A DNA stretch of 64,000 bases from Candidatus Adlerbacteria bacterium (GCA_029288895.1 JARIGK010000004.1:175866-239865), one strand, 5' to 3'. Counted from the first letter of the stretch, positions 28,417 through 37,859 are shown. Numbers and translations are program-made. Notes: generated from the sequence alone by a model not told the origin.

Positions 28417-29565
28417 ATGGCGGCGAAGAAGAAAACATTTTTAAAGACACACGATGCTCTACTGTACGCCGCAGCTATTCTCTTTGGATGTGCTCTGTGC
28501 TGCGGGCTCGCGTACGCGGCAAGTTACGTGAGCCCCTTTGCCGTGAAGTATGTGGGCGGCGCGGCCGCCGCGGACGCTGCTACAACCACCGCGGGGAGTG
28601 CTACGCAGCCATCATCACAGCCTCCGCTCGACATCAATGCATATAACACCAAGCTTCTTTTCTTGGCGCACGTTGCAACATCAAGTTCGTGGTACCAATA
28701 CTTTTTGACAGGCACCACAACTGGCACCACGACGCCAAAAAAACAATTGTGGCCGGTGAAGACTACGTACCCGAACCCTGGCGCATTACTGCCGAACAAT
28801 CGCATCGTCGCGTATTACGGCAACTTCTACTCCAAAGGTATGGGTGTGCTCGGCGAGTATCCAGAAGATGTCATGATCCAAAAACTGAAGGATGCGGTAG
28901 CGGGGTGGCAAGCGGCCGACCCGTCAACGCCTGTTATCCCCGCAATTGATTACATCGATGTCACGGCACAGGGGAGCCCGGGCAAAGACGGCAAGTATCG
29001 CTTGCGCATGCCCGACAGCCAAATCGATAAAGCGATTGAGATCGCAAACAAAGTACACGGCATTGTGATTTTGGATGTGCAGGTTGGGTTGAGCAATTTG
29101 CAAAGCGAACTGCCGTTGCTTTCGACATACTTGGCGATGCCGAATGTGCACCTCGCAATTGACCCTGAGTTTGCGATGCACGGCGGCACCCCGCCTGGCC
29201 GTGTTATTGGGACGATGAGCTCGGCCGATGTAAACTACGCTGCCAATTTCTTGGCCGACCTGGTGAAGAAAAATAATCTGCCGCCAAAAATTTTGATTGT
29301 GCACCGATTTACAGAAGAGATGGTGACGGGATACGGGAATATCAAACCATTGCCTGAGGTGCAGATCGTGATGGACATGGACGGCTGGGGCTTTCCGGCA
29401 AAAAAGATTAATACGTACAATTCGGTTATCTATTCTGAGCCCGTACAGTTCACTGGCTTTAAACTCTTCTACAAAAACGACATCAAACCGCCAAGCAAGG
29501 CGATGATGACTCCTGCCGAAGTACTCAAGCTCACACCTGCGCCGTTATTTATTCAGTATCAATAA
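28417..29565 (+). CDS. Hypothetical membrane-anchored extracellular protein
   Basis: N-terminal TM (LLYAAAILFGCALCCGLAYAA), Thr-rich linker, ~280-aa globular domain (possibly TIM-barrel hydrolase-like; not recognised confidently). Confidence 0.5.
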   Translation: MAAKKKTFLKTHDALLYAAAILFGCALCCGLAYAASYVSPFAVKYVGGAAAADAATTTAGSATQPSSQPPLDINAYNTKLLFLAHVATSSSWYQYFLTGTTTGTTTPKKQLWPVKTTYPNPGALLPNNRIVAYYGNFYSKGMGVLGEYPEDVMIQKLKDAVAGWQAADPSTPVIPAIDYIDVTAQGSPGKDGKYRLRMPDSQIDKAIEIANKVHGIVILDVQVGLSNLQSELPLLSTYLAMPNVHLAIDPEFAMHGGTPPGRVIGTMSSADVNYAANFLADLVKKNNLPPKILIVHRFTEEMVTGYGNIKPLPEVQIVMDMDGWGFPAKKINTYNSVIYSEPVQFTGFKLFYKNDIKPPSKAMMTPAEVLKLTPAPLFIQYQ

Positions 29566-29569
29566 AAAA

Positions 29570-29590
29570 CACAGCCCAGAAAGGGCTGTG
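29570..29590. terminator. Rho-independent terminator for the minus-strand 29605..29997 gene; hairpin also follows the plus-strand 28417..29565 gene (no T-run on that side)
   Basis: CACAGCCC-agaaa-GGGCTGTG with an A-run upstream, which is a T-run for the minus-strand gene. Confidence 0.6.
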
Positions 29591-29604
29591 AGGGTGCCGA
29601 AGAA

Positions 29605-29997
29605 TTATTTCTGTGGTGCGGTGGCGCGCCAGTAATGGCCATGTTCCGACAAGTGCACTATTTTTAGTGTTTGTGCGGCGGGGCCAATGAAGATCTCGAC
29701 CGTATGCTCTGGGTTGATATAGACCTGCGCTCCTTCCTCTGATGTTCGGATCCGTGACACGAGTTTGCACCCGATCTCGTCGTCCGAATAGAGTGCCATA
29801 GCCATGTCCACGTCGATATATGTCGCATTCACAGGGTCCTGCGCGACGCCTCCATTTTTTATCGTAAGGGCAGCGCGATGCGTATCGCGCCCTTGGAGAG
29901 AGTCGCACTGGAATTTTCCTGATTCAGGAATTCCCCAGTACATGAGTGCAAGAACCGAGCCGCTAACGCCAGCTATCTGCGCAAGTGTGCCAAACAT
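29605..29997 (-). CDS. Hypothetical protein
   Basis: ORF on the minus strand; start chosen at the ATG with a GGGGG Shine-Dalgarno (MFGTLAQIAG...). The longer ORF-track version to 30138 would overlap the helicase gene. Confidence 0.4.
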   Translation of the reverse strand: MFGTLAQIAGVSGSVLALMYWGIPESGKFQCDSLQGRDTHRAALTIKNGGVAQDPVNATYIDVDMAMALYSDDEIGCKLVSRIRTSEEGAQVYINPEHTVEIFIGPAAQTLKIVHLSEHGHYWRATAPQK

Positions 29998-30116
29998 ACA
30001 TAACCCCCGATTGGAAAGAACAACTCTACAATTCTGCACTCGTGCTCCCAAAGGTGGCATGAAGAGAATATGGCCACATTTGACAAAATCATTGCAATAT
30101 ATTATTATTGTTGGCA

Positions 30117-31418
30117 ATGCCAGAACGCAGTCATACAAAGCCGTTTAGCGGCCGCCGTTTCGGAAAGAAGCCTGGAAACAGGGCTTTTTCGACATCGCGT
30201 CCGTCGTACGGTGGAAGCCGCCCTTCATTTGGCGGTGGTCGCCCGCAGTTTAAGAAGCGCCCATTTTCAGGTGGCGCTAAGGGTGGCTCTCGCGGCGGTT
30301 TCAAAGGAGGTTCCTTCTTTGACCTTTCGCAATTCGTAAACAAAGCGGTCATCACCGAAGAAGTTGAGAAGTTTATCCCCGAACACAAGTTTACCGATTT
30401 CCACATCGAACCGCGTTTGAAAGACGCAATTGTGTCGAAGGGCTATATCGCGCCGACCCCAATTCAGGATCGCGCTATTCCGCATGTGTTGATGGGCCAG
30501 GATGTCGTGGGTATTGCAAACACGGGTACCGGCAAGACAGCAACATTCCTCATCCCGCTCATCAATAAAATTTTGAAAAATAAAAACGAGCGTGTGCTCG
30601 TGATGGTGCCGACGCGCGAACTTGCGGTGCAAATAGGCGACGAACTTCGCGGCTTTACGCCAGGCCTCGGTATCTACTCGGCCATTTGCGTGGGTGGTGC
30701 AAGCATCGGCCCGCAGATTTCGCAGCTCCGCCGCCGCCCCAACTTTGTTATTGGTACTCCTGGCCGCCTCAAAGATTTGCTCGAGCGCCGTGCACTCAAC
30801 CTTTCTGACTTTGGCACCGCAGTCTTGGACGAAGCAGACCGCATGCTCGACATGGGCTTCATTAATGATATGAAGACTATTCTCGCACTTTTGCCGAGCC
30901 CTCGCCATACGCTCTTCTTCTCGGCGACGTTGTCGAAAGAAATCGAAAATCTCATTGGCCAGTTCTTGAAAGAACCGGTCCGTATCTCCGTCAAAACACG
31001 AGAGACCTCGGCCTCAATCGACCAGGACGTTGTCCGCGTACCGAAGGGTGGCGATAAGCTCACTGTGCTCCACGACCTGCTTCTTAAGCCTGGGTTTGAA
31101 AAGGTGCTTATCTTCGGCCGCACCAAACACGGCGTCGAGAAGCTTTCCAAGATGCTTGTACAGCGCGGATTTAAATCAGAATCGATCCACGGCAATAAAA
31201 CCCAAAATGCACGCCAGCGCGCACTTGATGGGTTCAAAAAAGGCCACACTAACATTTTGGTTGCGACAGACGTTGCAGCCCGTGGGTTGGATATCTCGGG
31301 TGTTTCTCACGTCATCAACTACGACTTGCCAGCGTCGCGCGAAGACTACGTCCACCGCATCGGCCGCACGGGTCGTGCAGGCAAGCGCGGTATGGCGCTC
31401 ACCTTTATCGAGGCGTAA
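30117..31418 (+). CDS. DEAD-box ATP-dependent RNA helicase with an N-terminal Arg/Gly-rich extension
   Basis: Q-motif, Walker A (ANTGTGKT), DEAD (VLDEADRML), SAT, HRIGRTGR. ~75-aa N-terminal low-complexity RGG/FGG region (SRPSYGGSRPSFGGGRPQFKK...GGSRGGFKGG). Confidence 0.85.
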   Translation: MPERSHTKPFSGRRFGKKPGNRAFSTSRPSYGGSRPSFGGGRPQFKKRPFSGGAKGGSRGGFKGGSFFDLSQFVNKAVITEEVEKFIPEHKFTDFHIEPRLKDAIVSKGYIAPTPIQDRAIPHVLMGQDVVGIANTGTGKTATFLIPLINKILKNKNERVLVMVPTRELAVQIGDELRGFTPGLGIYSAICVGGASIGPQISQLRRRPNFVIGTPGRLKDLLERRALNLSDFGTAVLDEADRMLDMGFINDMKTILALLPSPRHTLFFSATLSKEIENLIGQFLKEPVRISVKTRETSASIDQDVVRVPKGGDKLTVLHDLLLKPGFEKVLIFGRTKHGVEKLSKMLVQRGFKSESIHGNKTQNARQRALDGFKKGHTNILVATDVAARGLDISGVSHVINYDLPASREDYVHRIGRTGRAGKRGMALTFIEA

Positions 31419-31448
31419 CGTCCTGGCTTTCAGCGAACAACAAACCGT

Positions 31449-31739
31449 ATGAAAAACACGAAAGTAAAACCTAAAATTGTAAAAGCTACGAAAGTAGTAA
31501 AGAAGGGGAGCATTGTTAAAAAAGCTCTCATGGCTAAGCCGTTGGCAGGTGAGCCGATGCGCCCCAACGCGCAGCTCCAGGGCCCGCACAAAACTTTCCA
31601 GCAAGACGGCCACTGGATCGAAAAGCCAAACAAGACGCAGATCCTTATCTGCACCTGCGGCAACCGCTACTTGAAGACCCGCCCTCGCCAAGAAAAGTGC
31701 CTCCGCTGCGTCTCCGCAACCCTCACCATCCGCCGCTAA
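31449..31739 (+). CDS. Small Lys-rich protein with a C4 zinc-ribbon
   Basis: KVKPKIVKATKVVKKGSIVKK N-terminus and CTCGN...CLRC; 30 nt downstream of the helicase; terminator follows. Confidence 0.5.
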   Translation: MKNTKVKPKIVKATKVVKKGSIVKKALMAKPLAGEPMRPNAQLQGPHKTFQQDGHWIEKPNKTQILICTCGNRYLKTRPRQEKCLRCVSATLTIRR

Positions 31740-31740
31740 A

Positions 31741-31770
31741 ACTCCCCTTCTCGGGGAGTTTTTGTTTTGT
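31741..31770 (+). terminator. Rho-independent terminator
   Basis: ACTCCCC-ttctc-GGGGAGT + TTTTTGTTTTG. Confidence 0.7.
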
Positions 31771-31851
31771 CGAGGACGGTCCTCGACATTCGCAATTTTT
31801 GAAGTGTCTGGTATTGTCTCAAACAGATTTCTTTTAGATAGGGAGACAGCA

Positions 31852-32679
31852 ATGGGTAGAGTCTTTTCGTGGCCTGATATTGAAGCGGGCCAGATTCCAA
31901 AAATTACTGATTTTCCGGTGGTTGTTCGACATATACGGAAGGTCATTGAAGCCGAAGATTCAATCGCAGGAGCCCTTCTTTGTGGTTCCGTACTGCGCGG
32001 TGATCACAATTGCCGAAGCGACATCGACTGTGTCGTGATCTATAACACTAAGTCTGAGCGCAGGGCTATGGAAGTGCTGCAGGGCATAACCGAGTTTGCA
32101 TCAAAGCGGTACGTGCCTGTTGGGTTTGTCCCGTGTGACTCGTCTACGGTGCTGACGAGGTTCCACCATTTGGGCCCTGCATTCTGTATCCATTTGCAGA
32201 CAGCGATACAGAATGGCGGTGTCATTAGCGCGAACCCTCTTGATCTTTTAGGTGAAGAAGGCGGCGATATGATTTCAGAGGTTGAGTGGTACCTTCGAAC
32301 TAAGCTTTATCGTCTCCAAGAGGGCCTCGCAAAATATCCTTCCATGTCGATGGAACGGAAGTGCGGGTTCTTGCAAAAATCGCTTGAAGCTCCGTCACAT
32401 GTAGCCCGTAAAATGCTTCACTTGTTCGACAAGGACAAGAATGATTCAAAGAAGGCCATCGTCGACAGATACTGTGCCGTTATGCCGCATGAACTTGGTC
32501 AACGTCTTGTGTTTCTAACCTCGACTGATGCGGACTATACAAGACGGCTGCGTGAGCAACTCAAGCATCCTGATAGGGAACAGTATCAAGATGCATGGGA
32601 GATCATCGAACAAACCCCTTACTGGGCGCTTAACTTCCTTCGGGAAAGTATTGTTCAAGTAAACAAGCTTCGCGCGTAA
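31852..32679 (+). CDS. Nucleotidyltransferase (Pol-beta superfamily) domain protein with a helical C-terminal domain
   Basis: GS-x10-DIDxV motif (LLCGSVLRGDHNCRSDIDCVVIY); ~276 aa from ATG 31852; visibly lower GC than its flanks. Confidence 0.55.
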   Translation: MGRVFSWPDIEAGQIPKITDFPVVVRHIRKVIEAEDSIAGALLCGSVLRGDHNCRSDIDCVVIYNTKSERRAMEVLQGITEFASKRYVPVGFVPCDSSTVLTRFHHLGPAFCIHLQTAIQNGGVISANPLDLLGEEGGDMISEVEWYLRTKLYRLQEGLAKYPSMSMERKCGFLQKSLEAPSHVARKMLHLFDKDKNDSKKAIVDRYCAVMPHELGQRLVFLTSTDADYTRRLREQLKHPDREQYQDAWEIIEQTPYWALNFLRESIVQVNKLRA

Positions 32680-32761
32680 TGTGCGGGGCTTTTTCTTTTC
32701 CACAGTCCCGCTTGCATTATTTTACCTAGTACCTTAGTATAAAAAGGTACTGAATTTAGAT

Positions 32762-33100
32762 ATGGCAGAAGACACCGACAAAGATGTATTTAGCCCGCTT
32801 CGCAAAGGCTTGCTTGAGCTCGTTGTACTCAAGGTAATTTCTGCGCGCCGCGCATACGCTGCTGATATTTTGGCGCGCTTGGCAGAGACCGAATTTGCGA
32901 CACAAGAAGGGACGCTGTATCCGCTGCTGTCGAAGCTGCGCCGCGACGGGGCCGTCGACTATGAATGGGTCGAATCGGAACAAGGCCCGCCGCGCAAATA
33001 TTATTCTCTGACGGCAAAAGGCAAAGAGAGGGCAGACGAATTGGACACCTATTGGAAGACATTACACGAAACAATTATCAAACTTAGTAAAAAAGCATGA
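32762..33100 (+). CDS. PadR-family transcriptional regulator
   Basis: Winged HTH with conserved GTLYPLLSKLRRDGAV...KYYSLT; 112 aa. Confidence 0.8.
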   Translation: MAEDTDKDVFSPLRKGLLELVVLKVISARRAYAADILARLAETEFATQEGTLYPLLSKLRRDGAVDYEWVESEQGPPRKYYSLTAKGKERADELDTYWKTLHETIIKLSKKA

Positions 33101-34014
33101 ACAAGGTTGTAACAGTTAACTTAAATGGGCGCTCGTACGAGTTCGAGGAAGGCGCATACGATGCATTGCGCCGCTACTTGGATGCTGCCGAACATAAGCT
33201 CGCCGATAACCCCGACAAGCAGGAAATCCTGTCCGACTTGGAGCAGGCTATTGCTGAAAAGTGCGACCTCTACCGAACTCCGCACAAAAACGTAATCATT
33301 GGGGCTGATATGGACGCAGTGCTCAAACAGATGGGCGATGTTGATGGCGAGCAGGGTGAGCATGCGTCGCACGAAGGCGCGCATACTGGTACGCACACGC
33401 CGCGCCGCTTGTACCGCCTGCACGAGGGCCGTGTCTTCCTTGGCGTTTGTTCTGGGTTGGCTGCGTATTTTAATGTCGACGTCACACTCATCCGCGTGTT
33501 GTTTGTGATCTTGGCATTTATCACGCACGGCGGGTTTGCGTTTGGGTATGTGCTCATCGGTATCTTTATCCCTGAAGCCGACACGCCCGAGCAAAAAGCG
33601 CAGGCCTATGGCGCAGCATCAGTCACCGCAAACGACCTCATCAACCGCGCACACAAAACATACGAAGATTTTAAAAACAGCCGCGATTGGCATAAAGCGA
33701 CTCATGACGCTCATGAAATTCGCAAACAAGCCGCTGAGCACGCAAAAGAATGGAAGCAGATGTGGAAGGCAGAGCGCCGCAAACAGCGCCGCCAACACCG
33801 CGCCTATTCGTACAACTATCAATACCGCATGTCGCCCATGTGGGAGGCAGTGCACTCAATAATCGGGATGGCGTGGTTCCTCCTTATTGTGTATGTGGGC
33901 TGGCTGCTCTATACCCATGTGCCTGCAGCACACCATGATATCGACGTCATAGCAGCATGGCTCCACGGTTTGTTGCTCCATATAGGGTCGTGGGTCGCCG
34001 CGCGTATCCACTAG
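33097..34014 (+). CDS. PspC-domain membrane protein
   Basis: RLYRLHEGRVFLGVCSGLAAYFNVDVTLIRVLFVI = PspC domain; 4-nt overlap with padR. Confidence 0.7.
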   Translation: MNKVVTVNLNGRSYEFEEGAYDALRRYLDAAEHKLADNPDKQEILSDLEQAIAEKCDLYRTPHKNVIIGADMDAVLKQMGDVDGEQGEHASHEGAHTGTHTPRRLYRLHEGRVFLGVCSGLAAYFNVDVTLIRVLFVILAFITHGGFAFGYVLIGIFIPEADTPEQKAQAYGAASVTANDLINRAHKTYEDFKNSRDWHKATHDAHEIRKQAAEHAKEWKQMWKAERRKQRRQHRAYSYNYQYRMSPMWEAVHSIIGMAWFLLIVYVGWLLYTHVPAAHHDIDVIAAWLHGLLLHIGSWVAARIH

Positions 34015-34054
34015 CCGTTTGGGGCAGGGGTAAAAACGGGGGTACTATTGGGGT

Positions 34055-34534
34055 ATGTCACCTGACCAAATCCCGCCCTTGGCTGGCCGCTCGACCATTA
34101 CCACCGTTGTCGTTGTTGTTATCTTGATAGCGCTTTGTCTCGTTGCATGGGCATACCGCAATACACCGCCGTTCTCAAACTTCTTGGGTTCGAGTGTGTC
34201 GAATGTTATGCCTGCCGAAACTGCAAAACCAATAAACACCGTCTCGTACTCGTGCGACCAAAACAAAGTTCTTATCGCACAGTACTATGAGGGTCCGTCG
34301 ACTGTTGCAGCAAACGGTATGCCAATCCCTGGCGGCCATGTGGTGCTCACACTCGCGAACGGTTCGATGATGAGCGTGCCGCAAACCGTTTCTGCAGATG
34401 GTGCACGCTATGCAAATGCAGATGAGTCGTTTGTCTTTTGGAGCAAAGGCAATGGTGCGTTTGTAACCGAAGGTGCAAACCAAACACAGACGTACACCAA
34501 CTGCGTTGTAAAAAGCCAAACCGCTGGGCAGTAG
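34055..34534 (+). CDS. MliC-like (membrane-bound lysozyme inhibitor of C-type lysozyme) family protein
   Basis: N-terminal anchor, then YSCDQNKVLIAQYY...SADGARYANADESFVFWSKGNGAFVTEG...C resembles the MliC S-x-SGA-x-Y / W-x-KG core. Confidence 0.55.
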   Translation: MSPDQIPPLAGRSTITTVVVVVILIALCLVAWAYRNTPPFSNFLGSSVSNVMPAETAKPINTVSYSCDQNKVLIAQYYEGPSTVAANGMPIPGGHVVLTLANGSMMSVPQTVSADGARYANADESFVFWSKGNGAFVTEGANQTQTYTNCVVKSQTAGQ

Positions 34535-34597
34535 CATCCATCGCGAAACGCTGTATAGTGATGCCAGTCTGGTCCTAAAGAAAAGAAAGGAGAAAGA

Positions 34598-34954
34598 ATG
34601 GCCTATAGAGGTCAGAAGAATAACCGCCAGAAGCGTTTTGATGATCAGCGATTCCCAGGCAAGGGAAAGCAACGCAAGACGGTGCGGACAGGTGAGCAGG
34701 CTGCGCGCATCAAAGATGCGCAAAGAGCCGCTGTGGCAAAGACAACGGATGTCGACGCTCCAGAGAAGTCCTACAAAAAGGGCGAAACGGTCAGCGTGGA
34801 TGGTTTCCCTTTGGCGTGGTACGTCGGGAAAGCAAAAGAAAAAGGCTATCTGCAGATTCTGGTCTCCGGGCATGAAGATGAAGGGCCTATCCTTGTTGCT
34901 GAAGAGCGCGTTGACGTGTCCGATATCCAAGTGCCATTCCCTCAGAAGATATAA
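34598..34954 (+). CDS. Hypothetical basic protein
   Basis: Strong Shine-Dalgarno AAAGGAGAAAGAATG; terminator follows. Confidence 0.55.
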   Translation: MAYRGQKNNRQKRFDDQRFPGKGKQRKTVRTGEQAARIKDAQRAAVAKTTDVDAPEKSYKKGETVSVDGFPLAWYVGKAKEKGYLQILVSGHEDEGPILVAEERVDVSDIQVPFPQKI

Positions 34955-34961
34955 CTCATAT

Positions 34962-34990
34962 GCTCCGCCACGTGCGGAGCGTTTTTTTGT
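34962..34990 (+). terminator. Rho-independent terminator
   Basis: GCTCCGC-cacgt-GCGGAGC + GTTTTTTTG. Confidence 0.7.
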
Positions 34991-35061
34991 TGGATATTGA
35001 TAGCCGCGTTGCGAGGTATATACTTATATATATGTATATGCATCACTGGGGCGTGGGGGAT

Positions 35062-35337
35062 ATGTGGTTTATTAATATGCCATTTGGGCTTGCTGCATTG
35101 TTTGGCGGCTTGGTATTAGTTGCAGTGCTCTGGTCGATTATTTGGAAGGGCTTGGCGCTCTGGCACAGTGCACGCCGCGGCCAGCCGTGGTGGTTTGTCA
35201 TTATGCTTGTGGTTAACAGCCTCGGCATTTTGGAGATCATCTACCTCTTTGGCGTAGCAAAACTAAAATTTGACCAACTCTTCTCGAAAGACTCGCACCG
35301 CCACAACGACCACACCCACACGCATCACCACAACTAA
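35062..35337 (+). CDS. Small 2-TM membrane protein with a His-rich C-terminus
   Basis: MWFINMPFGLAALFGGLVLVAVLW...WWFVIMLVVNSLGILEIIYLFGV, tail HRHNDHTHTHHHN; alternative in-frame starts at 35032/35038. Confidence 0.45.
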   Translation: MWFINMPFGLAALFGGLVLVAVLWSIIWKGLALWHSARRGQPWWFVIMLVVNSLGILEIIYLFGVAKLKFDQLFSKDSHRHNDHTHTHHHN

Positions 35338-35349
35338 ATAAAGAAAAAA

Positions 35350-35375
35350 CCGCCGGGTACAAGCCCGGCGGTTTG
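35350..35375. terminator. Bidirectional terminator
   Basis: CCGCCGGG-tacaag-CCCGGCGG flanked by an A-run and a T-run. Confidence 0.6.
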
Positions 35376-35774
35376 CTATCCGCCCGAATAGAGATGCATG
35401 TTGAGGTGCTCGAGCGCCAGAAGAATGGTCCCAGTCTCGATCCGACCCTCCCTGCCGCGCAAGGGTTCGATATCGCTTTCCTCCCAATGGAAGAAATTGA
35501 TGATGTCGCCGATGCTTTCGACCGCGATACCGTTCTTGGTGAGGACACGTTGGAAGTCGGCCCAAAACGTCGTGCCCATCGGGAACCTCTTCAGCTCCTC
35601 GAACGTCAGGTGCGTATTGTGGCGGTGAGGCGTGGGCCAGAGCGCATCATCGAGGTCGGCGTGTACCATCCCCAGATAGTGCGTGATGAGCAGATTCAAT
35701 ACCCGCTTTTGCTCGCTCGCCTGGTCGAGAACCTGGCCAGGCTGCGGAGGCGAGATAGGGTACACATTGGTCAT
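35376..35774 (-). CDS. Hypothetical protein
   Basis: 132-aa ORF downstream of and co-directional with alkB. Confidence 0.5.
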   Translation of the reverse strand: MTNVYPISPPQPGQVLDQASEQKRVLNLLITHYLGMVHADLDDALWPTPHRHNTHLTFEELKRFPMGTTFWADFQRVLTKNGIAVESIGDIINFFHWEESDIEPLRGREGRIETGTILLALEHLNMHLYSGG

Positions 35775-35822
35775 GAGAATCCCCTTGTGTGTTTCGTCTG
35801 CGGCAACTGTAGCAACAGAAGT

Positions 35823-36428
35823 TTATTTCGACAACTGAGGAGGTAATGTTCGAAACGTGATTGAATAGCGCAGGTCGGGGACAGGCATGACACTATGCTG
35901 CCATTCCCATCGCACCTGGCCTTGCATAATGTAGGCCGAGCGCGGCTCAAGTTCGAGGGTGATGATGTCGTTTTTATTTCTACTGCGAAGCGGGCGGAAG
36001 CGGATGCGCGACCAGCTACCAAGCGAAATGCCAACGATTGTCTCAAACGACTCATTGTCGACGTGCCAGCCTAATTGTGTCCCTTTTGAGTATTCGGTAA
36101 TCAAGGCTTCTGCGACGCGGCGCTTTTCAATCCCCAGCCACTTAGCGATTTTGTACTGCACAGGTTTTAAAAACGTTGGCAGTTCGGGCCCTGGGACGAG
36201 TCGATTCTTCCGGAAGTCGAACGACCACCCAAAGTTCATAATGCGGCGGTTGGCTGTGTACTCGCGGTACGGCGCATGGAAGAGGGGTAGGTTGCCGATG
36301 TAGGCCAACAAAATCTCTTCTTCATCCCGCGTCAGAAAATCCGGCTTGTATACAAGGCCGTTTGGCAGTGAGCGGGGTGTATCAAAGAGGATGAGTTGGT
36401 TGTTGGTGCGGTTCACGGTGTTATCCAC
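35823..36428 (-). CDS. alkB: AlkB-like 2OG-Fe(II) dioxygenase (alkylated DNA/RNA repair)
   Basis: HVDNE (HxD) ...IVGISLG...LELEPRSAYIMQG..R..WQHSV...RYSITFR matches the AlkB core. Confidence 0.75.
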   Translation of the reverse strand: MDNTVNRTNNQLILFDTPRSLPNGLVYKPDFLTRDEEEILLAYIGNLPLFHAPYREYTANRRIMNFGWSFDFRKNRLVPGPELPTFLKPVQYKIAKWLGIEKRRVAEALITEYSKGTQLGWHVDNESFETIVGISLGSWSRIRFRPLRSRNKNDIITLELEPRSAYIMQGQVRWEWQHSVMPVPDLRYSITFRTLPPQLSK

Positions 36429-36444
36429 AGATTAGTGTACCTTG

Positions 36445-36457
36445 TGTATAGTATACA
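36445..36457. promoter_or_regulatory. Perfect 13-bp palindrome TGTATAgTATACA in the alkB<>lexA divergent intergenic region; candidate LexA operator
   Basis: Only 53 bp separate the two start codons; the palindrome sits 25 bp upstream of the lexA ATG. Confidence 0.35.
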
Positions 36458-36481
36458 TACATCGCGTGGTAGGATATACAC

Positions 36482-37150
36482 ATGAACATCCAACATCTAC
36501 TAACCTTCAAGCAGCAGCGAGTGCTTGATGCGGTGCGTGAATATATTAATGAGGAAGATAGGTCGCCTACGCTCGAGCAATTGCGTGCAACGCTCGGCTT
36601 TTCGTCACTGCGCACCGTAACCCAGTATTTGGACATCTTGGAGCGGAAGGGCTACATCGTCCGCCGCAAAAATGCTGCGCGTAATATCGAACTGCGCAAC
36701 GTCGATGGTGCGTGGGGGACAGTCTCTATCCCTGTTATTGCCAACGTAGGCTGCGACGACCTTTCTGTTTTTGCACAAAATTCAAACTCGGCTGACGAGT
36801 TTTTGGAAGTCGACAAGCGCATTGTCGATGAAGAGGAAGGCGATATTGTGGCGGTGCGCGCCATCGGCGACAGTATGAATGACGCCGGCATTAACACTGG
36901 CGACTACGTGCTTATTCGCTTTACCAACGACGTGCGTGATGGCGACCGTGTGGCTGCAATCGTCAACGACATGGTGACGGTCAAACGTTTGGAGCGCCGC
37001 GACGGCATGACCATCCTGTGGCCGCAGTCTAAAGACCCGAAATTCAAACCCATCATTTTGAAGGATGATTTTAAAATCGCCGGCAAAGTGCTCTGCGTGA
37101 TCCCAAGCAACCAGATGGAAATGACAGAGGTTGTACCGCTTGAGGATTAA
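36482..37150 (+). CDS. lexA: LexA repressor (S24 peptidase)
   Basis: N-terminal wHTH, Ala-Gly cleavage region, catalytic Ser in GDSM and Lys in the C-terminal domain. Confidence 0.85.
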   Translation: MNIQHLLTFKQQRVLDAVREYINEEDRSPTLEQLRATLGFSSLRTVTQYLDILERKGYIVRRKNAARNIELRNVDGAWGTVSIPVIANVGCDDLSVFAQNSNSADEFLEVDKRIVDEEEGDIVAVRAIGDSMNDAGINTGDYVLIRFTNDVRDGDRVAAIVNDMVTVKRLERRDGMTILWPQSKDPKFKPIILKDDFKIAGKVLCVIPSNQMEMTEVVPLED

Positions 37151-37173
37151 ACACCCCGAACTATACTGGACGT

Positions 37174-37857
37174 ATGCGGAACCTCTTCCGATGGGCGATA
37201 CTCGGCGTCTTATGCGGCATCCTTATAGGTATTGCTGCGGTCGCATATGTCGATGTTTCAACTGCCCACTCTATCTACGAGCCATCCCAGGCACCCAAAG
37301 CGCAAGTTGCGATGGTGCTTGGTGCGTCTGTCGCATCAAGCGGCAAACTCTCGCCAGTTCTTAAAGAACGTGCCGACGTGGCTGCCTGGCTCTACGAGCA
37401 CCATGTTGTTTCAAAGATATTAGTCACAGGCGACAACTCGACCCTTCAATATGACGAGGTGTATCCGGTGGGCAAATATTTGCTGGCGCTTGGTATCCCG
37501 CAAAAGGATATCTTCCTCGACTATGCAGGGTTTGATACCTATAGCAGTATGTACCGTGCGCGCGACGTCTTCCGCGTAACGTCACTCCTTATTATTTCGC
37601 AGCGCTTCCATTTGCCGCGCGCTATATTTATCGCGCGCTCGCTTGGGCTCGATGCGCGGGGTATTGACGCTGCTGCCCCAGGCGAGAAGTATTTTGTGTA
37701 CTCGCTTCGCGAGATCCCTGCGTCTTTCAAAGCCACGCTCGATGTTTTGTTTGCGCGTACGCCAAAATACCTAGGCGCCCAGTTCCCGGTCTCGGGGAGT
37801 AGTGATGCAACGTGGGTCGGCGGAAGTGCGCAGATGGTATACTTTAAATCTCAATAG
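37174..37857 (+). CDS. DUF218 / SanA-ElyC-like membrane-anchored protein
   Basis: N-terminal TM, then conserved ILVTGDNS...YDEV...LLIISQRFHLPRA typical of the YdcF/SanA (DUF218) fold. Confidence 0.6.
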   Translation: MRNLFRWAILGVLCGILIGIAAVAYVDVSTAHSIYEPSQAPKAQVAMVLGASVASSGKLSPVLKERADVAAWLYEHHVVSKILVTGDNSTLQYDEVYPVGKYLLALGIPQKDIFLDYAGFDTYSSMYRARDVFRVTSLLIISQRFHLPRAIFIARSLGLDARGIDAAAPGEKYFVYSLREIPASFKATLDVLFARTPKYLGAQFPVSGSSDATWVGGSAQMVYFKSQ

Positions 37858-37859
37858 GT

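Noticed and set aside
30108-30138. Overlap of DEAD-helicase TTG start (30108) with the long version of the minus-strand ORF ending at 30138
   Set aside because: Helicase start moved to the first ATG (30117). The minus ORF start was moved to the internal ATG with a Shine-Dalgarno (29997), removing the implausible antisense overlap.
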